Shown here: piece by piece, positions 22,959 to 36,660 of the stretch | How positions within the stretch are numbered: position 1 is the stretch's first letter | Layout: every line of letters begins with the position of its first letter | From: Octopus sinensis | Lineage: Eukaryota | Assembly: GCF_006345805.1 (NCBI RefSeq) | Contig: NW_021836860.1 | Location: 1-46,567, forward strand | Direction: 5' to 3' | Length of the DNA: 46,567 bases | Program-made: the position numbers and the translations under genes | Notes under the pieces: model-generated | The model's input: only the letters and a program-made list of their open reading frames with translations | What the model was told of the DNA's origin: nothing | The model's database searches: none

Positions 22959-22985
22959 CAGAGAGACAGGCAGACAGACAGAAAG
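22205..22985. repeat. (CA)n-derived field, (TA)n and (GATA)n
   Basis: Direct reading. Confidence 0.9.
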
Positions 22986-23829
22986 ATAGATGCCTGCGTG
23001 TGTTTGAACTCGGAGCTCAAATATTGCGGTCCCTCTGGTTGGAAGACTTAGTCCTAAGCCCAGTTTGGCACTAAAACTTACTCTTCAGGTGTCTTTAGCA
23101 GAGTCTATTTTGTTGCAAAGTTTTGCGTTAAGCTATAACTTTCAGAAGATTTTCCAAAATACCTCCATTGTCCCCTGCATAATCTCCGAAAACCTAAAAA
23201 TGATGGAGGACATTGCTCTGCTTCAAGAAATTATTAGCATCGTACCTCTGTTTATGTCATTCTTCCTCCTTGACTCTCTGGTCGCTGACACGTGACGAAA
23301 GGGAATCTCTCTTTCTGCCCATTTCATTCCTAAAGACAACACGTGCTTATACCTGTTTCCTCTCATAAGCTCGTCCTCCTTGCGTTCATAATAATTTTCT
23401 ATTGACTTGGTTTGACAACCCTCACCGTTTGTTTTTACTGTCTTGTTCTCACTGTCCTGTTCTAGTTACCACCTTCACCCTCTGCAAAAAATCCCAAATT
23501 TTTTTATTAATTTTCTTTGCGAGAAGAACTGTTTCAACGAAGTCGCCTATTGTCCTTGCCTTCAGAACGCGGAGTATATGAAACAGCGACAACTGATGAA
23601 GGAGAATATCCCTTATGTTGCATGTCTCGTTTCTCTCTTTGTTTTTTTCGTTGTTCAAAAAAAAGTTTTTCTATGTTTTTGTTTTTATGTTTTCGTTTCT
23701 CATTGTGTTCAACGTTTTTATGATATCTTGTACCCATATAAGCATGTATATATATATATACACATATATTTAGTTATGTACATATATGTATGTATATATG
23801 CATATATTTATATATTATTTATATTATTA

Positions 23830-23861
<32 letters not shown>

Positions 23862-23864
<3 letters not shown>

Positions 23865-24019
23865 GACGGGCTACTTTCAGTTTCCGTCTACCATATTCAC
23901 TCACAAGGCTTGGTCGTCCCGAGGTTACATTAAAATCACTTGCCCAAGGTGCCACGCAGTGTGTCTGAACCTGGAAACCTGTGGTTGGTAAGCAATCTAT
24001 TTACCAGACAGCCACTCCT
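23862..24019 (-). mobile_element. SINE family B head/body
   Basis: tacgacgggctactttcagtttccgtctacc...cacttgcccaaggtgccacgcagtg...gccactcct. Confidence 0.88.
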
Positions 24020-25009
24020 TCGAATGAACATCGATGTCACATCACATACCAGTGTAACATACACACACAAACACACACACACGCTCAAAAACACTTGCGA
24101 AAGATACAAATATTTCTCGTTTCACACAGATTTTCTAATACACACATACACACACACACACATACAAAAATATTCATATATACAAATAATTACATAAATA
24201 ATTCTTCACACGCACACACACACAAACACACAGACATACACATATGAATAAACTGGGATACAGAGGCATATACATACATACATATTTAAACTGAGAAACA
24301 GATGTAGACAAACAAGCCGGCATACGCCTCACTCAGAAACATGCTCCAACATTATCAGACGCGGCACACATACAGACGAACCCTCCAGCAAACACACATG
24401 TTCGCGCATGCACATGAATTGATATGGAGGACGATACACGATTTTAGAGAACAATAGCGGCAGCCAGTTGCTCTTACCCCCACCACCACCACCAGTGCTT
24501 CTCTGCCCCACCTCTATCCACCTATAGAAAGGCAATGCCCGTTGCAATTCCAAGAACATTAACATTGACGAGATCAAAGAGCGGAGAGTGCAATGGCAGC
24601 CATTTTGATAGGATCCCTCAATCAAAACCAGCCGCTCATAGACACACACATGTATACACATATATATACACATGCATACACTCACCCTCTAATACCATCG
24701 CCAAAATAAGAGCAACAACAACAACAACAACAACACAACAACAGCAACAACAACGGCGATAGCAACAATAAAAATCTAACAAACAACATCAAGTAGGAAA
24801 TACCTCGGCTGATCAATGGCGGAGATGAATCTAACGTGTAATGCCTTCTCCAGTTGCTGTGGTGTGTGTTGTGTGTGTGTGTGTGTTTCTATGTGAGAGA
24901 GTGTGTGTGTGTATGTGTGTATGTGTGTTGTATGTGAGAGAGAGTGTGTGTGTAGAAGTGTGCAAATGAATGTATATAAGTGTAAATTTGTATATGTATT
25001 TGTATGGGT

Positions 25010-25129
25010 CTATTATCATCATCATCATAATATTATTATTATCATCTTTATTATTATTATTATTATTATTATTATCATCATCATCATTATTATTATTTAT
25101 TATCATCATTATCATTATTATTATTATAA

Positions 25130-25171
<42 letters not shown>

Positions 25172-25197
25172 TATTATTATTATTATTATCATCATGA

Positions 25198-25232
<35 letters not shown>

Positions 25233-25866
25233 ATTATTATTATTATTATTGTTATTATTATTATCATTATTATTTATCATGATATTATTATCATCATTAT
25301 TATTATTAACTACGTCATCGCCACCACTCCTATCGCCATCATCATCATCATCATCATCGTCGTCGTCGTCGTCGCCATCATCATCACCGTCGTAAACGTG
25401 TGGGATGGATAGCCTAGAAGTAAAGGGTTAGTCTCGGGGCTTTATGGCACTTATAAATATTCTAACGATATTCCAGTCTATACAGAATTCCTCACTTGAA
25501 CTGGAACTGGTGGGTTTGGAGATTTCCAAAAACCATATTCCTTCCTTCTTTTTCTTTTTCTTCTTTTTTGTGCAAATTTTTGTTGTTTCTTTTTCTATTA
25601 TTTAAAAAAAAAATTTTTTGTGTGTGGGTTTTGGTATTTCGCATTTTTAAATTTCTAATATTATCATCATGCATATATACATATATATGAACACACACCC
25701 ACACATATATTATATATATATAATATATGCATATATATATATATATAACATATATATGCATATATATATGTCTGTATATATATATATATATTATATATAT
25801 ATATATTATATATATATATGTATATATGTATACATGTAAGTATATATATATATGTAATATATATAT

Positions 25867-25898
<32 letters not shown>

Positions 25899-25983
25899 AT
25901 ACATATACATATATATATACATGTATACATAATATATACATATATGTATATAACATGTATACATACATATATATGTGTGTCTG

Positions 25984-26044
<61 letters not shown>

Positions 26045-26324
26045 TAATGTACGTAATACATTATTTCACTCTCTCTCACATTTTTGCTCTCTCTATATTT
26101 CTCCCTCTATCTCTTTATATATATACACACACACCTACGCGCATGCACACGTACAGACAAACACACATATAATTTCTTGATGGGAGTTGCATTTTAGGAG
26201 TTCTCTGACTGACGTTTATATTGAGTTTTTTCCAGTTTTTATCCTCATCGTCATCGTCAGAATCATCATCATCATTCTCATCATCATTACTAATATTATT
26301 AACAATTATCATTGTTATTATTAA

Positions 26325-26363
<39 letters not shown>

Positions 26364-26572
26364 CATTATGATCATTATCATTATTATTATTATTATTATC
26401 ATATCATTATACTATTATTATTATTACTATTATTATCTTATTATTATTATTATTATCATTATTATTATTATTATATTATTATTATATTATTATTATTATC
26501 ATTATTATTATATTATTATTATTAGATTATTATATTATTATTATCGTTATCGTTATTATTATCATTATTATT

Positions 26573-26637
<65 letters not shown>

Positions 26638-27144
26638 TATTACTATTATTATTATTATTATTATTATATTATTATCATTATTATTTTGTCTTTTTAAATT
26701 TAATTTTCGTTGCTTCTTTTTTTCTTACTTTTTTCCTTTTCTTTCATGATTGTTTCTATTGCAGTTAACGTCGATGTTGTTGTTGTTGTTCTTGGTATTG
26801 TTATTGCTTTTTTCCTTTTGACATTGTTGTTGTTATTATTGTTGTTGTTGTTGTAGCTCACGTTGGCCTTTTATTGCTCTTTCTTGCTTCTTGTTTGTTA
26901 TAACTCCTGTTGTTGTTATTGATGTTGCTAGTGATGACTATGATCATACATACGTACATATATACATACATGTACACAGGCTCATATCATACATATAGAT
27001 ACACACATATATGTATATATATACACACATACACATACATATATGCACATGTACATACTTACGTACGAAGAAACATACACTCACACATATGTACATATAT
27101 ACGTACATACAGACTAGCACATACGCATACATATATATATGCAT

Positions 27145-27228
<84 letters not shown>

Positions 27229-27233
27229 GATAT

Positions 27234-27269
<36 letters not shown>

Positions 27270-27361
27270 ATATACATATATACATAAACAATATGTACAT
27301 ATAAGGTACATATAAACAAGCAGATAATATACATGCATATATATATGCATACCGCCCACAC

Positions 27362-27392
<31 letters not shown>

Positions 27393-27470
27393 CATATATA
27401 CTAACACAGACTCACTCACACACACACACATATATATATACATATACACACATGTATATATGTACTTACA
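25010..27470. repeat. Large field of (ATT)n, (ATC)n, (TA)n, (TAT)n, (GTT)n microsatellites
   Basis: Direct reading. Explains the poly-I/Y/N ORFs. Confidence 0.92.
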
Positions 27471-27857
27471 CAGACAACTCTCACACACACTCACACATAC
27501 ACACACGCACACACACGCATATGTATATTGTGTGTTTATTCTTTGTATATTCCCTGTTGTAATATTTTTTATGCTCGCTTCCTTTCTCTGTTTTTTTTTC
27601 GTTTTCATATTCAAATTCGTTTCCCCAGCTGCCATCGTTCTATTAGAGCACGCTCACGCATGTATATTACTGTTTATGTATACATGCATATCGGTTTATA
27701 TATACGTATGTATGCGTATGTACATGTATTTATGTATATATGCACATGCATAAACATACATGCAATAAATATTTATGCGTATACATAGAAACATACACAC
27801 ATATATATGTACGTTTGTATCTGGGTATGTATGCAATATGTATATATATATATATAG

Positions 27858-27921
<64 letters not shown>

Positions 27922-28001
27922 CGTATGTATGTATATATTTATACTTACATATATATATACACACATATATATCATATGCATTTGTATATGAATATATATA
28001 G

Positions 28002-28038
<37 letters not shown>

Positions 28039-28257
28039 TATAGAGAGAGAGAGAGAGAGGAGAGAGGTGGAGAAGAGATAAAGAGAGAAAGGGAGAGAAA
28101 TGAAAGAGGGAATGAGAGGTGTGGGGAGGTGATGGTAAGTCTGTTTAAGAGAGATGGAAATCGGGAAATCGAGAGATATATTGATTTGAAAACGGAATTT
28201 GGTCGAAACAAATCGACCGCGATTTCTCTCCCTTTCGTACATGACCACGTTTAGGTA

Positions 28258-29164
28258 TTGGATCATCCCATAAATAATGCGGTTTTTAAATACTTCTTTT
28301 AGTTTTCAAAATTAAGATAAACAGAATTCGTTTTAGACCTGAAATATACTCTCCTTCATTTTCTACAATGTTCTTCCATCCGTCTGATAGTCTTGCAAGG
28401 CCTCTCTTCCAAAATACACTTGTTCGTGACGAAAAATACACCTACAATACTGTTCTGTTCTCGTCTACAGAAATCATATTTATCCTCCGTCCAAATGATT
28501 TTGAAGACTGCGGAATAAATGGCAATCAGATAGGCCAATGTCCGGTGAATATGGTGGGTGGGGCATCGTTTCCCATTCAAACTGCTCCAACCTTTGGAAT
28601 GTCATCCTCGATGTGTGTGGCCAAACATTATCCTGATGGAAGAACACATTTCATCTTGAAACCAAATATGATGGTTTTTCTCCCAGCGCTGGCTTGTATG
28701 ACTGGTTGAATGACCAAATCCAAGCTTCTCTGATAGTTCCTCAACAGTTACGATGAGATTTTGTTCCACCAGGGTTTGCAGGACGTCCTCATCGTGCTCT
28801 ACAGATCTTCCAAGACGAGGCTCGTCTTGTATGCTGTAGTTTCCGGCTCGGAATTTCTAGAATTACCATAATTTCTGGAACTTACGCTTATTGTCCGATT
28901 CCCATATACTTTCCGTTGTGTTGTTGCTTTTTATTGAACTCATAAAGCAAAATATGCAGAATATGCTCCTTTGTAACTTCCATTACAGCTTTCAAAAAAT
29001 AACCGTTAAAATTGAACTGCACTCTTCAAAATTTGCACAAAGAATAAGTACAAGGTAAAATAACTACCTGCTGTTATATGAAGTTGATGCAAGTAGTTTA
29101 TCCCGTCTCCCCCGACTTTTAGTACATGCAATTGAAAAACCGCATTATTTATGGGATGACCCAA
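28258..29164 (-). mobile_element. Internally deleted mariner (DD34D) transposon with 30-bp TIRs and TA target duplication
   Basis: TA|ttggatcatcccataaataatgcggttttt ... aaaaaccgcattatttatgggatgacccaa|TA (1 mismatch). Minus remnant from ATG at 28983: MEVTKEHILHILLYEFNK...DEPRLGRS...FFHQDNVWPH...HPPYSPDIGLSDCHLFRSLQNHLDG, with frameshifts and a large central deletion. Confidence 0.95.
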
Positions 29165-29574
29165 TAGATGAGAGATTATCGTCTATATTGTCTACCTTAG
29201 AATACGACTGAAAGCTTTATCATCAGACATAATATAATTAAGAGGAATGGCCACCAATGTAGACTCCTAATATGGTAAAGATAGACGTCAAATCGCCTTA
29301 CTCCGAAGAGTCCGCCTTTGTGGTCATTCCTTTTAATTTTTTGTATGTAATATAATGTTTAATCTTCGGATTTTTTAAATATGCTAAGCCACTGCTATTA
29401 ATTGATTAATATCAATTTCTACTCTCATTATTTAATTTTTAAGCTTTATCATCAGATGTAGAGCAATGGTCATCTCATTGATAAACGCATTAATGTGTAA
29501 ATGCTGCAAAATATTTAGTCTGGGGTCTCACCATTTTTCCCAATTCCACAGTCTGTTAGAGTATATTCATTTTA

Positions 29575-29712
29575 AAATTTGGCACAAGGCCAGCAGGTTC
29601 GGTTGAGGGGGTAAGTCGATAGCATCGACCTCAGTGTTTCACTGGTACTTATTTTATCGACTACGAAGGGATGAAAGGCATAGTCGACCTCGGCGGAATT
29701 TGGACTCACCAC
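29575..29712 (-). mobile_element. SINE family A, partial
   Basis: ggcacaaggccagc...ctggtacttattttatcgac...gatgaaaggcatagtcgacctcggcggaatttgg. Confidence 0.85.
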
Positions 29713-30038
29713 GTTTTGACGTGTGTGATAAATATTCTGCCTCCTCGCTGTATTCGTCTGCTATATGTTAGCGAAGAATTTCAGAGTTCGGTTAGCTCAA
29801 CCGATAGAGGGCGACGCTGAATGCCCATAGATATTTTTACATATTTATATTCTGAGCTCAAATATCTATACGATGTATATAAACATTAATACATTGACTA
29901 TATACATGATGTAATGTTTCTAAATGGTATAATTTAATTTTTTCATTATTGAATTGATAAAAGGTGGGTTTTTTCTAATATATATACACACACCCACTCA
30001 CACACCCACACACACCACACACTCACACATACACACAC

Positions 30039-30090
<52 letters not shown>

Positions 30091-30132
30091 ATATATAAGA
30101 TATATATTATATATATATATATAATATATAAA

Positions 30133-30358
30133 TACCGGTGTAAGCATATAAATGTGAAACAAGGTGGGAAAAAAGAGTATTCTAATACCAGAGGTAGAGT
30201 AACAAGCTTTATTTCAAAGCAGCAGAAATATCACATAAACTGTTACTCAGAGTTTCACGCTACCGTTCGTCGGACAGTTTTGTTAGAAACCAGTCATTCT
30301 AACAAAACTGTCTGACGAACGGGAAATTCTGAGTAACGGGTTTTGTGATATTTCTGCT
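30133..30358. mobile_element. Penelope-like terminal fragment with inverted duplication (arms 30221-30288 and 30297-30358)
   Basis: agcagaaatatcac...gttagaa / ttctaac...gtgatatttctgct. 30133-30288 is homologous to 39787-39931. Confidence 0.7.
30237..30280 (-). ncRNA. Type I hammerhead ribozyme motif (U4C variant)
   Basis: aaacugu-CCGACGA-acg(guag)cgu-GAAA-CU(cug)AGU-A-acaguuu: 7-bp stem I, 3-bp stem II, short palindromic stem III, GUA site. Confidence 0.7.
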
Positions 30359-30360
30359 AC

Positions 30361-30716
30361 TGACGACGAGGATTCCAGTTGATCTGATCAACGGAACATC
30401 CTGCTCGTGAAATTAACGTGCAAGTGGCTGAGCATTCCACATACACATGTACTCTTAACGTAGTTCTCGGGGAGATTCAGCGTGACACTGTGTGGGACAA
30501 GGCTGGCCCTTTGAAATACAGGTACAACAGAATCAGGGAGAAAGAGTGAGAGAAAGCTGTGGTGAAAGAATATGGCAGGGATCACCACCAACCCCTGCCG
30601 GATCCTCGTGGAGCTTTAGGCGTTTTCGCTCAATAAACACTCACAACGCCCGGTCTGTGAATCGAAACCGCTATCTTACGACCGAGACTCCGCTGTCCTA
30701 ACCACTGGACCTCCAC
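30361..30716 (-). mobile_element. SINE family C, tail type 1
   Basis: Reverse complement of the 19078-19456 family along its whole length. Confidence 0.92.
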
Positions 30717-31544
30717 AGCAGGTCATGTAATAAACATAGAAATGACATTTTAGTTTCATCTCACTCACCACTTCTCTCTCCTCTCTCTCTCTCTCATTCT
30801 CTCTCTCTCTCGTTCTCTCTCTCCCTCTCTCCCCCTCTTATCGTCTCTCCCTTTTCTGTCACCGACTCTCTCTCCCTCTCTCCCTCTCAATTTGTATTTA
30901 TACCCAAAACCTCTAAACGACAACTATAACCATTGTATTTGTTGCACAAATCTTCTTTGCCCCGGCCAAAGAGCTTTTAATACGATTCCCTATAGAAGAA
31001 AAAAAATAAATAAATAAAAATGCCACGCTCATATCAGCGTTCCACGAAGCGAGTAGCAAGTATAATTGACAGGTATTTTGTTAGCATTCCACAAGGTTTT
31101 TAAATGATTCTGGGAGTGGAGATATGAACTGAAGACTTTCAGACGAAAACCATATTGAAGAATCTATCATCCCCTTTCTCTTCCCCCCAAGACCAACACA
31201 GTGAGATCCGATAAATTGTTCTCTGCAGGTGCCATAAATGAACAAACAAATAGAAGCTAATCGATAGCTAATATATTGTCCCTCCCGCGTTTCTTTTTTC
31301 TTTTTGGTTTTTGTATTTCGTATTCATGCATCTAATGCGTATAGACATACAAGCATATGTACATACTTCCATACATTCATACATAAGTACATACATACAT
31401 ACGCACACATATATTGGGATATCATACTTTACATATATTCATACAAGTATGTATGTGTGTGAATATGCATCTATGTGCGTGCTTGTGTGTGTGTGTGTGA
31501 TTTTGTAATGTTTCAGGTAAACATACAGAGGGTTTACAATCTTT

Positions 31545-31648
31545 TCTACTCGCGGCACAAGGCCCGAAATTTTGTGGGAGGAGGCCAGTCAATTAAATCG
31601 ACCCTAGTACGTAACTAGTATTAAATTCATCGACCCCGAAAGGATGAG
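31545..31648 (-). mobile_element. SINE family A 3' fragment
   Basis: ttctactcgcggcacaaggcccgaaatttt...atcgaccccgaaaggatga. Confidence 0.8.
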
Positions 31649-32630
31649 GGTTTACAATCATTATTAGATCAGTCGCCGGAAAATAAAATTTTTGATTCAA
31701 TTATTGTCATTTATAAATTTTAAAAAATACAGTAATCATTTAAATAATCATTTTGGAACAAGGTTGGTGTTTGGGGTGGGCTTTATTATTTTCTTTTCCT
31801 CGGTGGCCAGGTGGAGCAATTGCAATGAGAAAAATTTTGGAACCATGCTTCAAACACATGATATGACCAAATAAATCTCCCAAATCCTTCATTTCGCCCT
31901 TTAAGAAAGGTAGAAATTTTCGTAGCACATTAAATACCCCGAAAATCTGTGTCTGAGAACGTAAGGCTTTGGGCTCATTGTCGTTAATTTGTGAGTTCGA
32001 TTCTTTGACAGACTAGTATGCATATATGTAATTATGTATGCATGCGTCAATTATATATGCACGAGTTCGATTCTTCGACAGAGTGGTATAGGATTGCTAT
32101 GTTGTCTTTGAGCGAGGAACTCCCTTTCTTCGTTGCTCCACAACTCTCAGCGGAACATGGCTACCAGTGACACCAGGGACGAGGAGGGACGGTGACTTCT
32201 TTACTCTCTGCCTAGATACTTCCTAAATTTGCAGATTAGCGGCTGTCTTTAACATCTGGTCTTCGCCACACGCCCCAAGAAAATACATCTGGAGTCGTCT
32301 CTTGTATTTAACAAGGCAAAAATAACGGTAGTCGCTAGTAATACGATGTTGTAGACCCCTACACCATCACAGCTCTGTGTCTGCAACCAATTCTGCACAC
32401 GTTACAACCACGTAATTTTGATTCTCCACCTCGTGGACCAAATACTACGATCAGCTAACGACCCGAGAATGATCGACCTGGTTACCCTTTGGCTGGAAAA
32501 TCTAGTAAAACTGCCCTCAAATCACATCCTACCATCTTTCAAAGTATGCGCCAGCCTAGTCATGCTGAGCTGGAGATAAACGATGACGACTGATGTCAGC
32601 GTTTCTTCCTGTTAGAAATAACAGCTATAT

Positions 32631-32873
32631 CAAACGATTACCAGATGTACCAGATGTATCAGATGTACCAGATGTATTATCACTGATCACGATACGCTTT
32701 GCATCGTTTTAGCCTTCGAATGACGCCACACTTCAGGTTACGCAAGTAAACCAACATCTCCACTCACTCTGATTGAAAGGGGGCCTGAACGAGAATCGAA
32801 CCCACGGAGAATCGAACCCACGATCTAGCGATCGTGTGTGCAACAGCCTAACCTCTAGGCCATGCACCTTCAC
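32631..32873 (-). mobile_element. tRNA-headed SINE (C-like head, tail type 4) with 19-bp target-site duplication
   Basis: ttagaaataacagctatat at 32612-32630 and 32874-32892. Minus strand starts gtgaaggtgcatggcctagaggttagg, has a duplicated B box and ends in (TACATCTGG)-like 9-mers. Confidence 0.88.
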
Positions 32874-33199
32874 TTAGAAATAACAGCTATATACCTCAGA
32901 AATAACATGCTACTGTCTTAAAATTGGAAGGATATAAAGGTTAATGTAGTCCTCGATATACCGTGTCTGAAATAAAGACAGGAAGGTCACGGATGGACCG
33001 GCGGATAAATGATAGCAGCCAAATCTGCCTCAAAACATAAAAACCAGTCATCTTTCAATAAAAATTCAGACTAACACATTGGATAATGTAGTCCCAGTTG
33101 GATTGTGTCTGAATAAAAGACGGAAGGATGAAAGACGAATCGTGTTTGATGAGGTGTGCATTGAGTCGGGACTGACCTTGGGCTAAAAAAAACACCAAC

Positions 33200-33268
33200 G
33201 CAAGAACTACCACTGCCACTACGACCATCACAACTATCATCATCAATACCACCATCATCATCATTACT

Positions 33269-33315
<47 letters not shown>

Positions 33316-33855
33316 TACCACCATCATCATCATCGTCATAATCGCCATCATTACCATCACCATCGTCATCATCATCGTCGTCATCATCGCCATCATCATT
33401 GCCATCATCCTCATCGTTGTCATCGTCGTCGTGGTTTTCGTTGACATCGTCGCAGTCATCATCAATCATCATCAGTCATCAATCATCATTATCAGTCATC
33501 GCCATCATCGTCATCATCATCAGCAGCAGCAGCAAGGCTACAGTGATCACCACCACCGCGCCACATTCCCAAACACTCCACCACCACGACCACTGCCACT
33601 ATCACCAACTCAGTCATGCCCTCCCCATCAATTAAGAGATGTTGAGGGTGGTGGAGGGTTTGTATGGGGGGGGTTGTTGCTGGACAGGGAGCAGTGTACG
33701 TGTGTGCATTCGGGTGTTTTGTGTGTGTATGTGTGTGTCTGTGAGGATGCACAAGGCGTAGAGGAGTGACGGGATATGGTGATGTGATTTTTGATGAGTG
33801 GATGATGACGAGATGATGATGATGATGAGGAGGAGGAGGAGGAGGACGGTGGTGG

Positions 33856-33886
<31 letters not shown>

Positions 33887-34463
33887 AGTGGTGGTTGTGA
33901 TGATGATGATAATAATGATGAGGATGTGGATGAGGATGTGGATGATGATGATGATAGTGGTGGTGGTGATGATGAAGATGAGGACGAGGAGGAGGAGGAG
34001 GACAGTGGTGGTGGTGATGGTGGTGATGATGATGGTGATAGTGGTGGATTTGGTGATGGTGATGATGCTGCTGCTGATGATGATGATAGAGGTGGTGATG
34101 ATGATGATGATGATGATGATGACTATGATGATGAGGAGGAGGAGAAGGAGGAAGGTGGTAGTGGTGATGATGATGGCGATGATGCTGATGATAGTATTGT
34201 CGCGCGATGTATCGTGGCGTGACTGCAGCGGTGCGGTGTCGTCTGTGGCCGCCAGTGTTGGTATGTCTGCTGAAAAGGTTTTGGGCGGTGTGGTGGAAGA
34301 CTGCAAACCATTGATGGTATTTCATGTTGTCACGTGGGAGGAAGGCGTCGGGGTGGCGTATGGCGAAGGCGGTGGGGGAGATGTTGTTCAATGTGATTCA
34401 TTTCATTTTTCTCGTCTCAGTAGAATATCATTATTATTATCATTATAATTATCTTTATTATTA

Positions 34464-34520
<57 letters not shown>

Positions 34521-34645
34521 TATTATGCTCATTCTTGTAATTTTACTCCTCACCGCCACCGCCACCATCACTATTATCATCATCATCATCATGAACATCG
34601 CCATCATCCCCCCCTTCCATATAATTTATCATCAGTTTAATTGAT

Positions 34646-34676
<31 letters not shown>

Positions 34677-34745
34677 CCATCAACAGAACTCCCCATGTAC
34701 ATATGCATGTGTGTGTGATCATCTTCATCATCATCATCATCATTG

Positions 34746-34800
<55 letters not shown>

Positions 34801-35010
34801 TATTGTTGTTGTTGTTATCATCATCATCGTCATCATCAGCGTAAGCACCACCCTCCACCCTCCGACATTCTCTTTTAAAAGCAATTATTGTTGTTGTTGT
34901 TAGTATTAGAAGTGGTGAAGTAAACAATGAGAGAAGTGACGAAGTTGTGGCTGGTATTATTTGCGGTGGAGACGGCGGTGGCGTTGGTGGTGGTGATGGT
35001 TTTTGTTGTT

Positions 35011-35043
<33 letters not shown>

Positions 35044-35724
35044 ATTGTTGTTGTGGTTGCATAGGTGGTGATGGTGGTGGTGGTGGCGCTGACATTGGTA
35101 GTGAAAGCGGTTGACATGGTAGCGGTAGTGGTGCGGTGGTGATTAATTCAGAGATGCTAGTAATGCCTGCAGTGGTTGTAGCGGTTGTGGTTGTGGCGGT
35201 GGTAGTGTCAGAAGGGGGGAAAAGGAGAGAGGGAAAGAGAGGGAGAGAGGGAGGGAGGAAGGGATTTGTAATGGCGGAAACCATCGCCCTAAATCAATTT
35301 ACAGACTCCCAATCACAGTTCGAACGAAAATATCGATGGAATTCGTTTCATCTCTTTCTGATCCCTTTACATATCTCTTTAAACCCAGCCCCCCTACTTA
35401 CCTTCCCCCCCTCATTTATTCCCGTTACTCGCCAACATGCTCTTACCCCTACCCCCCCCCCCGCCCGACACGCCATCAAAGATACTTCTTCCTGCACCAC
35501 CACCTTGCACCCACCACCACCACCACCGCCACCACCACCAACCACCACCACCACTACCACCACCACAACCACCACCAACACCACCACCACCACCAACCAC
35601 CACCACCACTACCACCACCACAACCACCACCAACACCACCACCACCACCACCACCAACCACCACTACCACCACTACCACCACCACGTCCACCTCCATCAT
35701 CGTCACTAGCGCCATTAAGAAATA

Positions 35725-35756
<32 letters not shown>

Positions 35757-36660
35757 CACAATGTACTATTGATTCTTGTGATTGATTACCTGCACCACCC
35801 TCCCACCAACCATCAACACCACCACCCCTTCCAGCCATCACCTCCGCCCCCACCGTCACCATTGTCTCCATTCCCGCCACCACGAGCGCCGCTCCGTCCA
35901 CCCTATTGCCTCTACCGCCACGCTGCCACCACCATCATTGCCACTATCGCCAACAGCACCATCATCACCACAGCCACCGAAACAGAATCTGTTACAACCA
36001 CCCTCGACTCCACCCATACTGTCAGTACCGACGTTAAGCCACCCACGCACCGCTGCCGCAGCCACCGACACCATAGACGCCACCACCACCGCCACCACCA
36101 CCATAGCCACCTCCACCACAGCCACCGTCACCATAGCCTCCGCCACTGTCACTACAGCCTCCTCCACCACAACCACCGCCACCACCACAGTCACCACCAC
36201 CGCTACCACCACCAACGTCACCACAGCCACCCCCGCCATAGCCACCACTACAACAGCCACCACCACCATCACTGCCACCACCACCATCACTGCCACCACA
36301 CCCACCGCCACCACAACCACTGCTACCACAGCCACCACCACCACAGCTACCACCACCACACCCACTGCCATCACTGCCACTACACTCATTGCCACCACAA
36401 CCTCCGCCACCACAGTCAACACCACCACTCAGTCTCCGCCACCACCACCACAGCCACCACCACACAGCCACCACCACCACCACAGCCACCTCCAGATCAC
36501 AGCTTCCGCCACCACATACAACGCCGCCACAGCCACCACCACCACAACCACCACCACCATGGCTATCAAAACACTACAAAGGTGTCTTTTTAACCACCGA
36601 CATCACCACCACTACCATCACCTCCACCTCCGTATTATATCACCACCTCCACCTTCACTG
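33200..36660. repeat. 3.4-kb trinucleotide low-complexity field: (CAT)n, (GAT/GAG/GGT)n, (TAT)n, (TAG)n, (CAC/ACC)n
   Basis: Direct reading. Long ORFs arise in several frames at once. Confidence 0.9.

Noticed and set aside
31800-31820. CTCF-like motif ggccaggtggagc
   Set aside because: A partial match of a short motif, expected by chance.
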